Positions 16,653 through 29,240 of a stretch of 64,000 bases of DNA are shown here, piece by piece. The stretch covers positions 1,426,001-1,490,000 of the forward strand of contig CDLV01000009.1 in NCBI GenBank assembly GCA_001244265.2, read 5' to 3'. Position 1 is the stretch's first letter. Each line of letters begins with the position of its first letter. The position numbers and the translations under genes were made by a program. This stretch comes from Microbotryum violaceum (lineage: Eukaryota). Under the pieces are notes generated by a model. That model had not been told where the DNA came from. It saw only the letters and a list, made by a program, of their open reading frames with translations, and ran no database searches.

Positions 16653-19600
16653 ATGGATGCCCGCCGCCTTCGCGCTCCTCCGCCCAACCCGACTTCCGCT
16701 CTAATCACACAGACGCCGCCGCCAACAACCGCTGCAACTGCCGACATGTCATCTGCTAACTTCCATGTGCCCTTTCCTCAACAACAACCTTCACGTAGAG
16801 CACAGGGGCAGCAAAGACGTCGGCAACGTGAGCGAGCTGAGCGCGCCGCCCGCGAGGCTGCAGGCGCCCCTCCGCACAACCCGACTCCCGCTCTAATCGC
16901 ACAGACGCCGCCACCAATCGATCAACGCGACGTCGCGCAAAATGGATCGTCGAGTCGATCTGCACAGGCAGCCGGCACTCCCAATGTCGCCCGGCAAATG
17001 CGACGTGCCCGCAGTCCTTCACCTCCTGGCTTGAGATTCGTTCGTCCACGCTTTGAAGCATCCAGACCTCTCTCGCGTCGCCGGTTCGAGTACAGACGCA
17101 ACTACGACTTCAGCCACTACTGTCGTCGAACAACGATCCGCGGCGCAGCGTCAACGACGCCAACGCGAAAGAGGGCGATCGAGCCAGTCCGTCCCAACTG
17201 CGCTGCTGCCGTTGCCGGAAGGACCTTTTCCCCGGCACGACCTTGGATCAATGACGTTGCAGTGTCCGATCTGTTCGGCTCTACACTGGGAGTTCGAAAA
17301 ATCACCAACCCGAGGCGGCGCCACACCGTTCAAACTCTGTTGCACGAACGGCAAAGTTCGATTGCCCGGGATCGAAAAACCCCCGCCCGAGCTGCTCGAG
17401 CTCCTGACTGGCGATGGCCCAGGTTAGTACACGTCGAATCGTTCAACTTGCTAGAATGAGTACAGCGGACTAACGGCCTCGCTGACTATCCGTGAAACAG
17501 TTGAGAAGATTTTTCGGGACCGCATTCTTGCATTCAACGAAAGCTTTGCTATGGCATCATTCGGCACGAGCAAAGGTCATGGCATCATCAGCGGCGCCGG
17601 ACCGCCATCTTGCTACCTGAGCGGAACGGTTTTTCACCGTATCGGCACGCTGGCACCAGGCCCAGCAGACGACCCCGTCTTTGCCCAGATTCTCTTCCTG
17701 GCTCCGACTGAACGCATCGAAGCCCGACGGAGATTCAACGGACCGCCTGAAGAGGTTCGACGTCTGGACTCGGCGTATCAGCAGATCGTTCCTGTACTCG
17801 ACGGCATGCTGCGAGTCCATAACAGACGCGTCAAACTGTTCCTAACGGCAAAAGAATTCATGAACAGTGAAACGTCTCACATGTACAAGCTCCGCTTACT
17901 TGCACCGCGCAATCGAGACCCGAGAACGTACAACTTGCCGACGCAAGAGGAGGTGGCCGTCATACTACCCGGAGACGAGACCAAGTACCGATCTTCAAGA
18001 AGAGAGATCGTCGTGCGGTTACGTCACCCGCCAAACAATGACAGCCGCGGAATTCAGCTCATTCACGATGGTCACCCTGCACTCATGGCACTCACATACC
18101 CGCTATTGTTACCGTATGGCGAAGACTGGTACCACGACGGAATCCCCCTCAGCCAAAACGCTATCGCAACAGAGGCAGCTCGGCGTGTGCGAGACGAAAA
18201 CGGTGTATTGCAGCGCACAACAGATGACGCCAACGCCAACCCGCAAACCGGAACGGCCGGATCCAAACGTGTGACACAGAGCCAATTCAACCCGTATTAC
18301 TTCCATATTCATCCTCACAATATCAGTTACCCGACGCTGTTCCTAGGAGGGCGGTTGTTCCAGAAACTTGGCGCGGATGCCTGGGCAGTGACTGAACAAG
18401 AACGGCTATATTGGATGAGAGCGAATCAGAAGAAGCTCAGAGCCGAAGAGTATTCGTCCCTTCAAGCAAGCCTGGCTGAAGGACTCGATCCCGCGCAGAT
18501 CGGCAAAAGAGTCATTCTACCGTCCTCACACACCGGATCGCCACGCCAAATGGTCCAACTTTACCAAGATGCTATGGCCATTGTTCGTGTTTTTGGTGCT
18601 CCGGACATATTCATCAAAATGACATGCAACCCTGCCTGGTCGGAAATCGTCAACGCTTTGCTTCCTGGCCAAACCGCATCCGACCGTCCCGACATAGTAG
18701 CACGGGTCTTTCACGGTAAATTGAAAGCTCTTTTGGCGGATGTATTAGGCGTTGGTCGTGCGCCGGGAGTCTTTGGAAAGGTATGTCATCGACGCGGTGA
18801 ATCAAAATGAATAAGATGCTCATGAGTCTCAATCTTTGCACAGGTCATCGCATATGTCTATGTTGTCGAATTTCAAAAGCGCGGACTGCCTCACGCCCAC
18901 ATCTTTTGATCATGGACCCAGAAGACAAACCAAAAACAAATGACGACTACGACAAGATAGTCACCGCAGAAATACCGGACCGCGACAAATTTCCCGCATT
19001 GTTTGAGACCATCACAAACACCATGCTACACCGGCGATGTGATTGTCCCGGCAAGCATATCTGCCACGACGACCATGGAAAATGTACCAAACGGTTTCCC
19101 AAACGACTCCAACCGCGCACGACCAGCGAAGACGGTGGCTATCCACACTACCGGCGTCGCGGCATACACCAATATGTCAAATTCGCGGGCACAGCGCAAG
19201 AAGAAGTTTATACGGATGCAAATGTTGTTCCAACAAATCCGTTCCTTGCGTCCAAGTACAACTGTCATGTCAACGTGGAAATCGCAAGCGGCGTTGCTGC
19301 GATCAAGTACCTGTACAAGTACGTTTACAAGGGCCACGACCGTACTTCATTCACGATCGACGATCCCGAAGCTCAAGACGAAATCAACAACTTCCTTGAC
19401 GCTCGATATGTTTGTGCCCCCGAAGCCATTCACCGGATATTTCGATTCGGTATGCATGATCGAGATCCCGCCGTGGCCAGACTTGCGCTGCACCTCCCGA
19501 ATGAGCAACAAGTTCGGTTCGACCCAGATCACGGAGCACCGGATTTGTCAGCGCCACCGGAAACGACGTTAACCGCCTTCATCAAATTGTGCGCCAAGAC

Positions 19601-21854
19601 GCCGCCCGATCACAACGCACGAAATCTGCTTTACGTCGACGTGCCGACCCGTTTCACATGGAACAACGAAGATCGTACTTGGGTTCCACGAAAACGTGAC
19701 AACCGGACAATCGGAAGAATTTACTTTTGTGGTCTTGAAGGCGGAGAGCGATGCTACTTGCGGCTACTCCTTCTCAAGGTGCCTTCTCCGACATCGTTTG
19801 CGGATCTGAAGACTTTCAATGGTGTCGAGTTTCGAGCATTCCGGGAAGCCTGTGTCGAACGGGGGCTCCTACGCAACGACGCTGAAGCCGACAGATGTCT
19901 GACCGAGGCAGCGGTCTTCCGTACTGGCCACGAGCTGCGACACCTGTTTGCCATACTGTTAACGGCCGATGATGGAGTCACAAACGCGGCGCAGTTATGG
20001 ACAAGGCACTATGACAACCTCACCCAAGGCGTCGAATACCAGCTACGAAACCAAAGACCGCAGCCGATCATCACACCCGAGCATGTAGCCACCTGGGGGC
20101 TGCTACAGCTCAGCAATATTCTGCAACGACTCGACTCCTCATTGTCAGACCACGGCCTGCTGCTGCCAACGATTCAGTTCGATGACGAAGCTTCAACAAA
20201 TCGTCTCATCATGGAGGAATCAGCCACAGCAGCAGAACTCGACAAATTGGAGGGTATCTGGAGGAACAACTTCGAGTTGTGCAACGCCGAACAACGCGTT
20301 GTTGTTGAGACAGTTCTTGACTCGATTCTGAACAGCCGCGGAAAAGTCTTTTTCATTGATGCTCCAGGAGGGACAGGCAAAACGTTCTTGGAGAAAACGA
20401 TCCTTGCTCGGATTCGCTCAGAGGGAAAATACGCTCTTGCCGTTGCATCATCGGGTATTGCTGCACTGCTACTGCCAAAAGGCAGAACGGCACATTCACG
20501 GTTCAAGATCCCGATCGACATCTTCGACGACTCTACGTGCAATATTCCAAAACAAGGACAGCTCGCCGAGCTTTTTCGGATGTGCGACTTGATCGTCTGG
20601 GACGAGGCACCGATGCAGCACCGTCGATGTTTCCAGCTGGTGGACAGGATGTTGCAAGATGTGCGATCGTCAACGGCTCAGTTTGGTGGACTGACCGTCG
20701 TGTTGGCAGGTGTGTGTTAATCTTTCAACAGCACAGCGCAGGGCAGCATGAGTAACTGACCAGTTGGACTGTGACATCACAGGGGATCCGAAGCAATGCC
20801 TTCGCGTTATTTCCAAGTCATCGCCGGCACAAATTGTCGACGCTTGCATCATGAATGCTGACTTCTGGGGGGAAGTTGAGGTGCTGCATCTCTCTGTAAA
20901 TAGTAATCCTTTCTTGACTTTCAGACCCTATACTAACCACGGCACGGTGCAAGCACAGACAAACATGCGTCTTCTGGCCGCTGCAGACCGCATGACCGAA
21001 ACGGAACGGGAAAAGGCACAGGACTTTGCAAATTGGCTCTTGGGAGTTGGAGACGGCTCGGCGAACAAAACAGAAGACTCTATCGCGCTCCCGCGTGAGC
21101 TTCTCCTGCCGGCAACCACGAGGAACAGATCCGGCTTGATCAGACACGTATATCCCGTCCCCGCCTTCGAACTCAACAACATGTCAATTGGCGCAAAAAT
21201 CGAATATTTCCGAAATCGCGCAATTCTGGCGCCCAAGAACTCGCAGGTGGATCAAATAAACGACATGGTGCTCGACCTGCTGCCGGGAGAACCTCAGACA
21301 TTCTACAGCGCGGATTCGGTCGAAAACGAAGACGAATCACTATTTTCGATCGAGTATCTTCAGAGCCTCAACATCCCCGGGATGGCGTTGCACGCTGCAA
21401 AATTCAAAGTGGGATGTCCCGTTATGCTCCTCAGAAACTTGGACCCCGCCGCGGGGCTGTGCAAGGGCACAAGACTGTTGTCAATTCGGTTACACACCCG
21501 CGTGCTCGAGGCCATCATTCTCGGGGAGATCATGCTGGACAGCCCGTTTTGCTGCCACGGATAACGCTGAAGACAGGGTCATCAGCTGAGCTTCCGTTCA
21601 CTCTGCACCGGACGCAGTTTCCGATTCGGCTCGCAATGGCTATGACGATCAACAAGTCGCAAGGCCAGTCACTCGCGCAGGTGGGAGTCTGTCTGGAGAC
21701 GCCCGTCTTTTCTCACGGCCAGTTGTACGTCGCATTGTCTCGAGCAACGAATGTGGATGGTGTCAGAGTTTTGCTTCATCAGACAGAGAATGAAGAAGCA
21801 GACAATGTAACAGAAAACATCGTCTTTAGAATGGTTTTTGAGTTGATGAAATGA
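16653..21854 (+). CDS. Helitron Rep-helicase (zinc finger, Helitron_like_N/HUH Rep, PIF1 helicase), intron-containing, with frameshifts
   Basis: CPICSALHW...CCTNGKV; Rep motifs [34 protein letters not shown]; helicase motifs [61 protein letters not shown]. Introns ~17424-17500, 18781-18843, 20711-20782, ~20896-20959. Frameshifts near 17100, 18905 and 21525. Confidence 0.95.
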
Positions 21855-22057
21855 AGAGTTATGTCAAAGCTCCATAGTGAAGCTCCGCCAATTCCAATTA
21901 GCAGGTGAGGGATGGCGATGTCGGGAGGCTTCCATGAGAAGGTCCACACTCGACGCGGGTCTCGACGACGGTCTCAGCCCATCCTCGGGCTCCCAGAAAA
22001 CAAAAAAAGAGTTCAGTGATGAAATGAAGGCTCTGTACATTTGATCGTCATCGCGCC

Positions 22058-25000
22058 GGCCCAGCTAGCTAGCGCGGTTTCAGCCTACGTTCGCCGAGGT
22101 TCCATTTCCCATCAAAGCAGCGTGGCACATGACTCTCTGTTTCCCTCCTGCCAAGGTCAGTGGCCTTCCTTGAACTCTTCCTGCCGCCAATTGGCTGACA
22201 GGTTCCGAGCTTCTCACAGGACCCCCCCCCCAGCGATACCTGCCAGTGCTGCGCCTCTTTCGGGTTCGACTGCGTCTCGCTCAAAGAGCCGAGGTACATC
22301 ACCCACCTTCAGGCTCTACCTTAGGGTACTCCTGCTTTCGACTGTCCTTGTTGGACACATTGACTGACTTGGCTACCTTGCTACACAGACCCAACCTCGA
22401 CGTACCAGCGTCTGAGGTCTGTTTTCCTTTGCTGTCTTCTTGTCTCCAAGCGACACGCTTTACAAGCATAGGTATGCCATAGTCCTCAGAGTCTTTGCAG
22501 TATTCCGAGTACTAATAGAATCGCGCTTTACAAGCATAGTCGTTCTATCTTCGTCTCCTCCCACCCACCCTTCAAAATAAATAAATACAAAAACAGCCTT
22601 GTTGGTCTATTTCTTTCCTTTACTTTCTTATCTATGGTCTCTCGTGGGTAGATTTTCAACCCATCCCGTTTGTTACGGGATCCCTGGTTCTTATGCTGCA
22701 AATCCGACTCCATCCCAGCTATTTCGGTTCGCATTGCGCTCTTACGATGGAGTCGAACGTTGAACCCCACACGGCTGCGCCAGAACGGGAGAGCAATTTG
22801 TCAAACGTTGGCACGGCACTACTGTCACGGCACCCGGTACGATGAAGCATCTCTCCTTCTATCACCTTCCATCCCATTCCCTCACTCAGCTCTCATCTGT
22901 ATTGCCTTTTGAAGACCTGTTGACGAATACGATCTTCTAGATCAACCTTGAAAAGCTGGCTTTCCTTCGTTCGTCTCTCTTTCCCCTTCTCATCACTCTC
23001 AGTTCACTCCTCCTCGCCGTCTACCTCGACTCGCATTCCCTCTTACCTACATCCCTGACTCAGCTCAACAACCTGTCACCTCACACACCCGCAATTCCCA
23101 ACAACAACAAGCAAGAGATGGCTGCTACTGCTACTACCGAGGCCGTTGCCTCCCAACTCAAGTCGACGCTCAAGTTCATCCCTCGTCGCTCGGCCGCTCG
23201 TGGCCACGCCGATCATGGCTGGCTCAAGTCTTACCACACATGTGAGACACTCAACTCAGTAAGACCTGGCTTGGAGAGCAGTACATTGATATGTCCCCTC
23301 CTATTCCTCGCCTTAGTCTCCTTTGCCTCCTACCAAGACCCGGCCTTCAGCCAATACGGTCCCCTGCGAGTGATCAACGAAGACCGCGTCGATCCCGGTG
23401 AAGGTTTTGGTCAACACAGCCACCGCGAGTTCGAAATCTGGTCCTACATCATCTCAGGGGAACTCGAACACCGCGACAGTCTCGGCAACCTCGAGATCAT
23501 GAAGCGTGGGGACATCCAAATGACCTCCACCGGGACCGGCATCTCGCACTCGGAATACAACCGTAATTCCAAGACGCCCGTTCATTTCGCTCAGATTTGG
23601 GGGATGCCTCATACCAAGGGTCTCAAACCGGCATACTACAACCGACACTTCACGGACGCGGAAAAGACGAACGTACTCGTCCGCGTTGTCGCTCCCTTAG
23701 GACGAGAAGGTGTGACCGACTCACGAAACGCACAAGGCCCTGCACCCATTCACAGTGGTATCACGATGCATGCTTCAATCCTCGAACCGGGCCAATCCAT
23801 CTCGTACGAGATGGCCAAGACGACCAAACGCGCGTTCCTTCATCTCCTCATGCGTTCGGGGTATCGCAAGCCTTCGGTGTCGGCGAATGACAAATACGAT
23901 CATGGTGGGGCGATTCTCAAATTGAACGAAGGATTGGTCTTGGAGGAGGGGGACGCTTCGTTCATTGAGGTCAGTAAGGAGGGGGACAGGAAACTCGAGG
24001 TGAAGAATGTGGCGGATACCGATGGGGAATGGCTGTTGTTTGAGATGGAGGAGTGAGCAACACTTTACTGGTCTTTCGGGCTTCAAGGTTTTTGTATCGT
24101 TAGTACGCTTCGAGTTGTTGCTTTGATCGTTCTCCTATATCATACAAACACTCATGTGCAATTGTATCGCTTCAAGTTTCGGAACACGGTGGGCGGGGGA
24201 CAAACACAGAGGCTCGGGTCACGAGGACTTCGGAACAGGCGGCAAGTTGATTGGACAGGAATAGTGCCTCAGAGCCTCAGGGGGCCGTGGTTGTGCTCCG
24301 TGTCTTGATCGAGACTTTCTCGGATACTCGGCGCCATTCTCCGACTCTCAGCGGGCGCTCTACAGAATTCGAAGGTGACCCCAAGTTATACTTAGCTGAT
24401 GAAGGACTGTCGCTCTATATCTTGAGGACAGCATCCAGCCCCCCATTGTGCCCCCGTTGGCATGACCTTCAGATCGTGCTCGCAATGCCCGTTCGTACCA
24501 ACTGTCTTCTCGCGGCGCCCACTGGCAACGAGTCGACCCCACTGCGGAAGTGGGAGAATTGACCAACAAGAGTCAATGAAGGTAAGCGAGTTTACGCCGT
24601 GGTTCTGGTCGGAGTTTGCACGTGCAGAATGTTAGCCTTCACGATCCCCAGCACTTCTTTGGTCCGTATTTTGAAAGCTCTTATGGGCGGACGCCCCGGG
24701 CCCTCCGCAGGGAAGCCTTGAGGTTACCGGAGTCCGGCTCTGATTAATAAGGCGTGGATTGGAGCCAGGCACCCGGCGGGCGCCAAACTGCCGAGGAATA
24801 TTGTGAGCACTGACTCGGATGCGGGTCTCCGCCACATCGTTACGGTCAGTAGATCATTTCCCAAAGGCGTGAAGAGTGAAATCCACAAATTTGAAAGAGT
24901 GACACTAATCTGTGGTACGTTGACTTTGCCCTCTGCTACTTCAGAGTCAGGAGCAACTCCAAGCACTTGGACTCGGAGCCGCCCCGTATTGCCAGGAACT

Positions 25001-27910
25001 TTACCACTTGCCGGTGCGCGGCTAAATCTGTCTAGATGACTTTACCGTCTGAATCGTTCTGAATCGTTCTGAATCGTTCTGAATCGTTCTGAATCGTTCT
25101 GGATCGTGTCTAGATCCACCACTTCGTCACACTGAAGCAGCAACTTGTGCAATGAATTGTTTTCGCTGTCACGGACTTATACACACTAGTCAGAGTCTTG
25201 CACCACACGGCAGGCAGTAGTGCTCACATCCTGATGTAGTCATTGCAAACACAGCCATAAGTTTTATCCAGCGAAGCTGAAAAAGTTCTGGAAATGCTCT
25301 GAAATGCACTGGAAATGCTCTGGAAATGCTCTGGAAGCTCTGGAAGCGCACTGAATGTCTGGATTTCCAGACAAATCTAGAGCAATCTAGCAGCGCAGGG
25401 CTGAATGCGCTTTACGCGCTTTATGCCTGAATTGTTCTAGATCGGCTCTGAATTGCTCTAGATTGTTCTGAAGCGCGCGTGGTAAAGTTCCTGATGTGCT
25501 GGTGCCGCTCTAGCGGCCGTACCCACATCCGCCAGGGCTAGTGTTGACCATCAAGGGTTCGTATTTTATGGTCAACACATTTTCGAGGTGTGGAAGTTCC
25601 AGAATTTGATTTGGGTTGGGCAGCAAAGGTAAGTATAGTTAACTCAGAACTTTGATTTGGTTGGACAGCACGTTCCTGTTCTGTGGTGGTCGCCGGTTGT
25701 TTGATGCTGCATCTAGATAGAGTAGTATCAGAGGACTTTATTTCAATGTGGAGAGCCGTCCTTCTGAGCAATTTACCGTGAAACGGAGAGAGAAAGAGAG
25801 ATAACTTGGAAACCCCTGCCTTCTAGTGTCGAAACACGTCGATCCCATCTGTTAAACCGTCCGGTCGTCTCTTGTTAGCCGAGTAATACAACGAGCCGTC
25901 TCCGACCGAACGACATGTGTGCCAATCTCTATGGATGAAGATGAATAGTAAATATATACTAACTGGCTTTTAGTCTGGGCGTGGGGGCGAATTTCCCACG
26001 ACACGCCCCCCCCCCGAAGAAATCGGCGACCCAACTGGTTTTGATCTTCCGCCGCAAAAAACATGGAAACCTCAACTTTCTGTACCAGTGAAATGTCGCC
26101 CCTCCCCCCCTCTATCGAAAGACAAAGATAGGGGTGTGAGCCCGACGAAGGGGCTCGAGACGAAGGACGAGTGGCGCGGGACGAGTCGAGAGATGTTCTG
26201 GCGACTTCTCAAGAGCGACGAGAAGGAGGGACGAGAGCAAGGGTCTGGCCTTTGTCAAGATTTGAGGGGCAGACAAGGAAGAGAGAAGCGAGCTACGAAA
26301 CTGGGGAGCTAGGACAGAGGTCTCAGAGCGAGAGTCCGACTGAGAGCGAGAGTCTGACGACAGAGGTCTCAGAGCGAGAGTCCGACTGAGAGCGAGAGTC
26401 TGACCGAGAGTCCAAGGGAAAAGGGGCAGACACGGGCACAGCACCGGTTGCGGGGAAGGGCGCGCGCGGAGTCTAGAGCTGGCAGTTACGAAAATCTCCT
26501 CCTGACACCGGAGTCGACTCGGGGGATCGTTACGCCTCTTGTCCTTTTGCTTGTATCATCCATCAAAGTCGCCCTTTGTTAGTCGTTGCTATCCGACCTC
26601 ATCCGTGAAGAACCTACGCCTCGTACCATGCTGCTCTTGTGGTCGCATTTGGCCGCATTCACTCTCGTAGCGAGTTGGCAACGTGTTCTCCCCTCACCGC
26701 CTCGCCCCTGAAGGCGCTCGACAACGGCCGGAGTTTCGACCCGGCCCCTGGCAGCGAAGCAGTCGCCGATTTCACGAAGCAGAACATCTCCGGTTCACAC
26801 ACCCCCGACTTCCGTCACCCCTCGACGTTGACCAGAGACGTCTCTCATGTCGCCCCTCTCGCTCTAAGGTCCCGTTCGCATCCGCGCCCGCGTTACCCCT
26901 TTCCCACCCTTCCCGTCATCGTCTATCCTTGGGGAGGCGAGACATACCGCCCCGGCGATACGGTCACTTACAGGTGGTTGCCGACCCACTCCCCTGCAAA
27001 AGCTGATCTTTGGTTAACATGCCGTGGGAGTACGAACTTGGAAACCAGTGAGCTCCTTCAGATGCCTCCCAGAAAAGGTCGAAAGGCCACTGCGACCCTG
27101 ACCACAGAAAAACACCAATGTCTAAACTGGATGCTAACTTGATCTTGAGGTTGACTCAATGCTATAGGTGCTATCGATTACGACATCCCGCTCTACACTG
27201 GAGGCACCACTACCACGATCCCAAATGACATACCCTGGGCGGAGCTCACCGGTGACGAAGGAGCAAATGCAAATGTCTCGGCGTGTGTGCCTCCACTGCA
27301 CCTTCCTTTCCTCTTGAGGTTTGATCAACTGACAGCTTGTCTGTCCCCACAGCTTCTTTTACTTCGGCGTCTCATCGGACAAATACGCCCAAGATCAGGG
27401 AGTATTCGGGAAACATATACCTTCCTTTATCATCATGAAGAATTAGAAGTAGAGGAGCGCGCCATACTCCGGTCAGACCACCGGAAACATCCTTACTATA
27501 CCGTATGCCTTTGTCAACGTGGAGATCTTTTATACATCACAACAAGCCGTTCAAGCCATACCAACACCCATGCACACTTTTCCTTTTTGGCTGTTCATCT
27601 CAAGGTACATAATCTCTCCCGTCATGCATGCAATGACGACAACGACGACGCGGGCGATCTCCCTTCACTTCCTCAGTCGTTTCGACAATTTTTCCAAAGT
27701 CTATTTGCCCGTTCCAAACGACACAACCAAGCTCAACAAAGGGGGCTGATCGAACGCAGAACACGATGGCCGATTACCCGGTCTTCCAGTGCCTTCACCC
27801 ATGTCGATCCGCATTCGCATTCCCGTTGGCGATGGCGCCACCCACCGCGCCTTGCTTCTTCTCCTCCTTGTCCTCGGGCGCGCCGAAGCGGCCGTACATA
27901 ACCCGCTTGG
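22058..27910 (+). repeat. Right arm of the 5.85 kb inverted repeat
   Basis: Reverse complement of 10070-15915; starts GGCCCAGCTAGCTAGCGCGG and ends ACCCGCTTGG. Confidence 0.97.
23118..24056 (+). CDS. Pirin-family bicupin (YhhW-like, putative quercetin 2,3-dioxygenase)
   Basis: [20 protein letters not shown] after removing the 75-nt intron 23242-23316; [42 protein letters not shown], QIW. Metal-binding His/Glu residues present. Confidence 0.95.
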   Translation: [312 protein letters not shown]

Positions 27911-28639
27911 CCCTTCCCAACGCATCCAGTTGATCGGTCTATGAGGTCGAACGACTGTTGACTCCATGTCCGCATCAGAAGACTGAAAACGCGCTCATTT
28001 TTACTCGACTCCAACTCTCGCCTGCGACACCTCTTGCAATTCATCACATGCGGAGCCACTTGCGATGTCGCACCTGCGTCGACAGCCCATGTGCCCCCCC
28101 CCCCCCCCCCCCCGGCCTTTCCGATGCAACTCGGTAGAGAGCTCGAGAGGAACCGAGCGAGTTGAGTTTGTGGGGTGAGATTGAACGAGCTCGGCACGTT
28201 TGCCACGATATCGTGCCAAAAATATCGTGCCAGAAATTATCTGCAAATCGCTTTGGCGTAAGACCGTACGGAGCCCTCGGGTCGAAATTGCGTATAACCA
28301 GTAGGTCAAGCTTACTACAGGCTGTTGCGGTCGGTTGGAAATGGAACCCGCGGGCGTCGAACAGAGGAGCCGGACTCCAGGCACATCGATCGGACCCTGC
28401 TCGTGTCTCGGTCGTTGGTTCGCCTTCACTTCCTGATGACAGGCGTGTTCTTCGCCTGCGGCCCTTGTGTAGAATCTGTTTTGCTCCGTAGCTGAAAGGT
28501 AGAGCAGTCCGACGTACATCAGTTCTCAAACTCATCCCTCAAGCTCTTCTCAGCTTGAGCTCCATCGCTAGTACTCACCAGGCCGACTCCGCTCCCTTCA
28601 CCCCTTACTCTTCCCACCTGAATCTCGCCTTCTCCACTC

Positions 28640-29026
28640 TCAGTCATACTCCCCCTCCTTCCCCAACGCACTCATCTCCCACCCCTCATGACCCCGTCTT
28701 CCTCCCTCAAACCCCAATCCCAGATTTCGAACCGCGGTATACTCCCCCCGACTGGTTGAAGAATTTGAGCGAGGATGACGTGGACTGGGATCGGGGTCGA
28801 GGCCGAAGAAAGAGCGGAGGAGATGGAGTATGGACGGACCCATACAGGTCGCTTCGTGGCGGAGGAGTGGGGCGGGAGGCAGGGGGCAGAAGGAAGGGGT
28901 CAGTTCAAGTGGCTGAGGATACGGGATTGAGTGGGGTGGGGGGAGCTTACATAGTAGTATGAACACGATCCATGCGGCGAAGAATATGCAGAGGAAGATG
29001 ATCATCCTGAACAGGGACGAGTCCAT
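28640..29026 (-). CDS. Small (~95 aa) predicted single-pass membrane protein, divergent from VPS41
   Basis: ATG 29026; hydrophobic MIIFLCIFFAAWIVFILL; 99-nt intron 28950-28852 (GTAAGC...CTGAC...AAG) keeps the frame; stop at 28640. Confidence 0.5.
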   Translation of the reverse strand: MDSSLFRMIIFLCIFFAAWIVFILLCKLPPPHSIPYPQPLELTPSFCPLPPAPLLRHEATCMGPSILHLLRSFFGLDPDPSPRHPRSNSSTSRGEYTAVRNLGLGFEGGRRGHEGWEMSALGKEGEYD

Positions 29027-29240
29027 CGTGAATGCTGATGAGAGCTGGGAGTGAGATCACGAGAGCGGAAGGAGGAAGGAGGCGGAAGATGTAGGAAGAG
29101 GTGAACCCGACGACGATCGACGCTCTTGCGCGGCGCCCGTTCTTTGCCCTTCTGCCTTTCCCCCCCCTGACCCGACGTCACGTGCTTCTTCGTCCCAAGG
29201 CGGGAAAAGGAAGGCGTGTTCATCACGTAGGGAGTGAGCT

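Noticed and set aside
10070-27910. Interpretation as LTRs, a Starship or a Polinton/Maverick
   Set aside because: The arms are inverted rather than direct. No tyrosine-recombinase captain, protein-primed polymerase or intact integrase is seen; the only mobility gene inside is RepHel.
28555-28962. 135-aa plus-strand ORF upstream of VPS41
   Set aside because: Starts at TTG and overlaps the better-supported spliced minus-strand gene.
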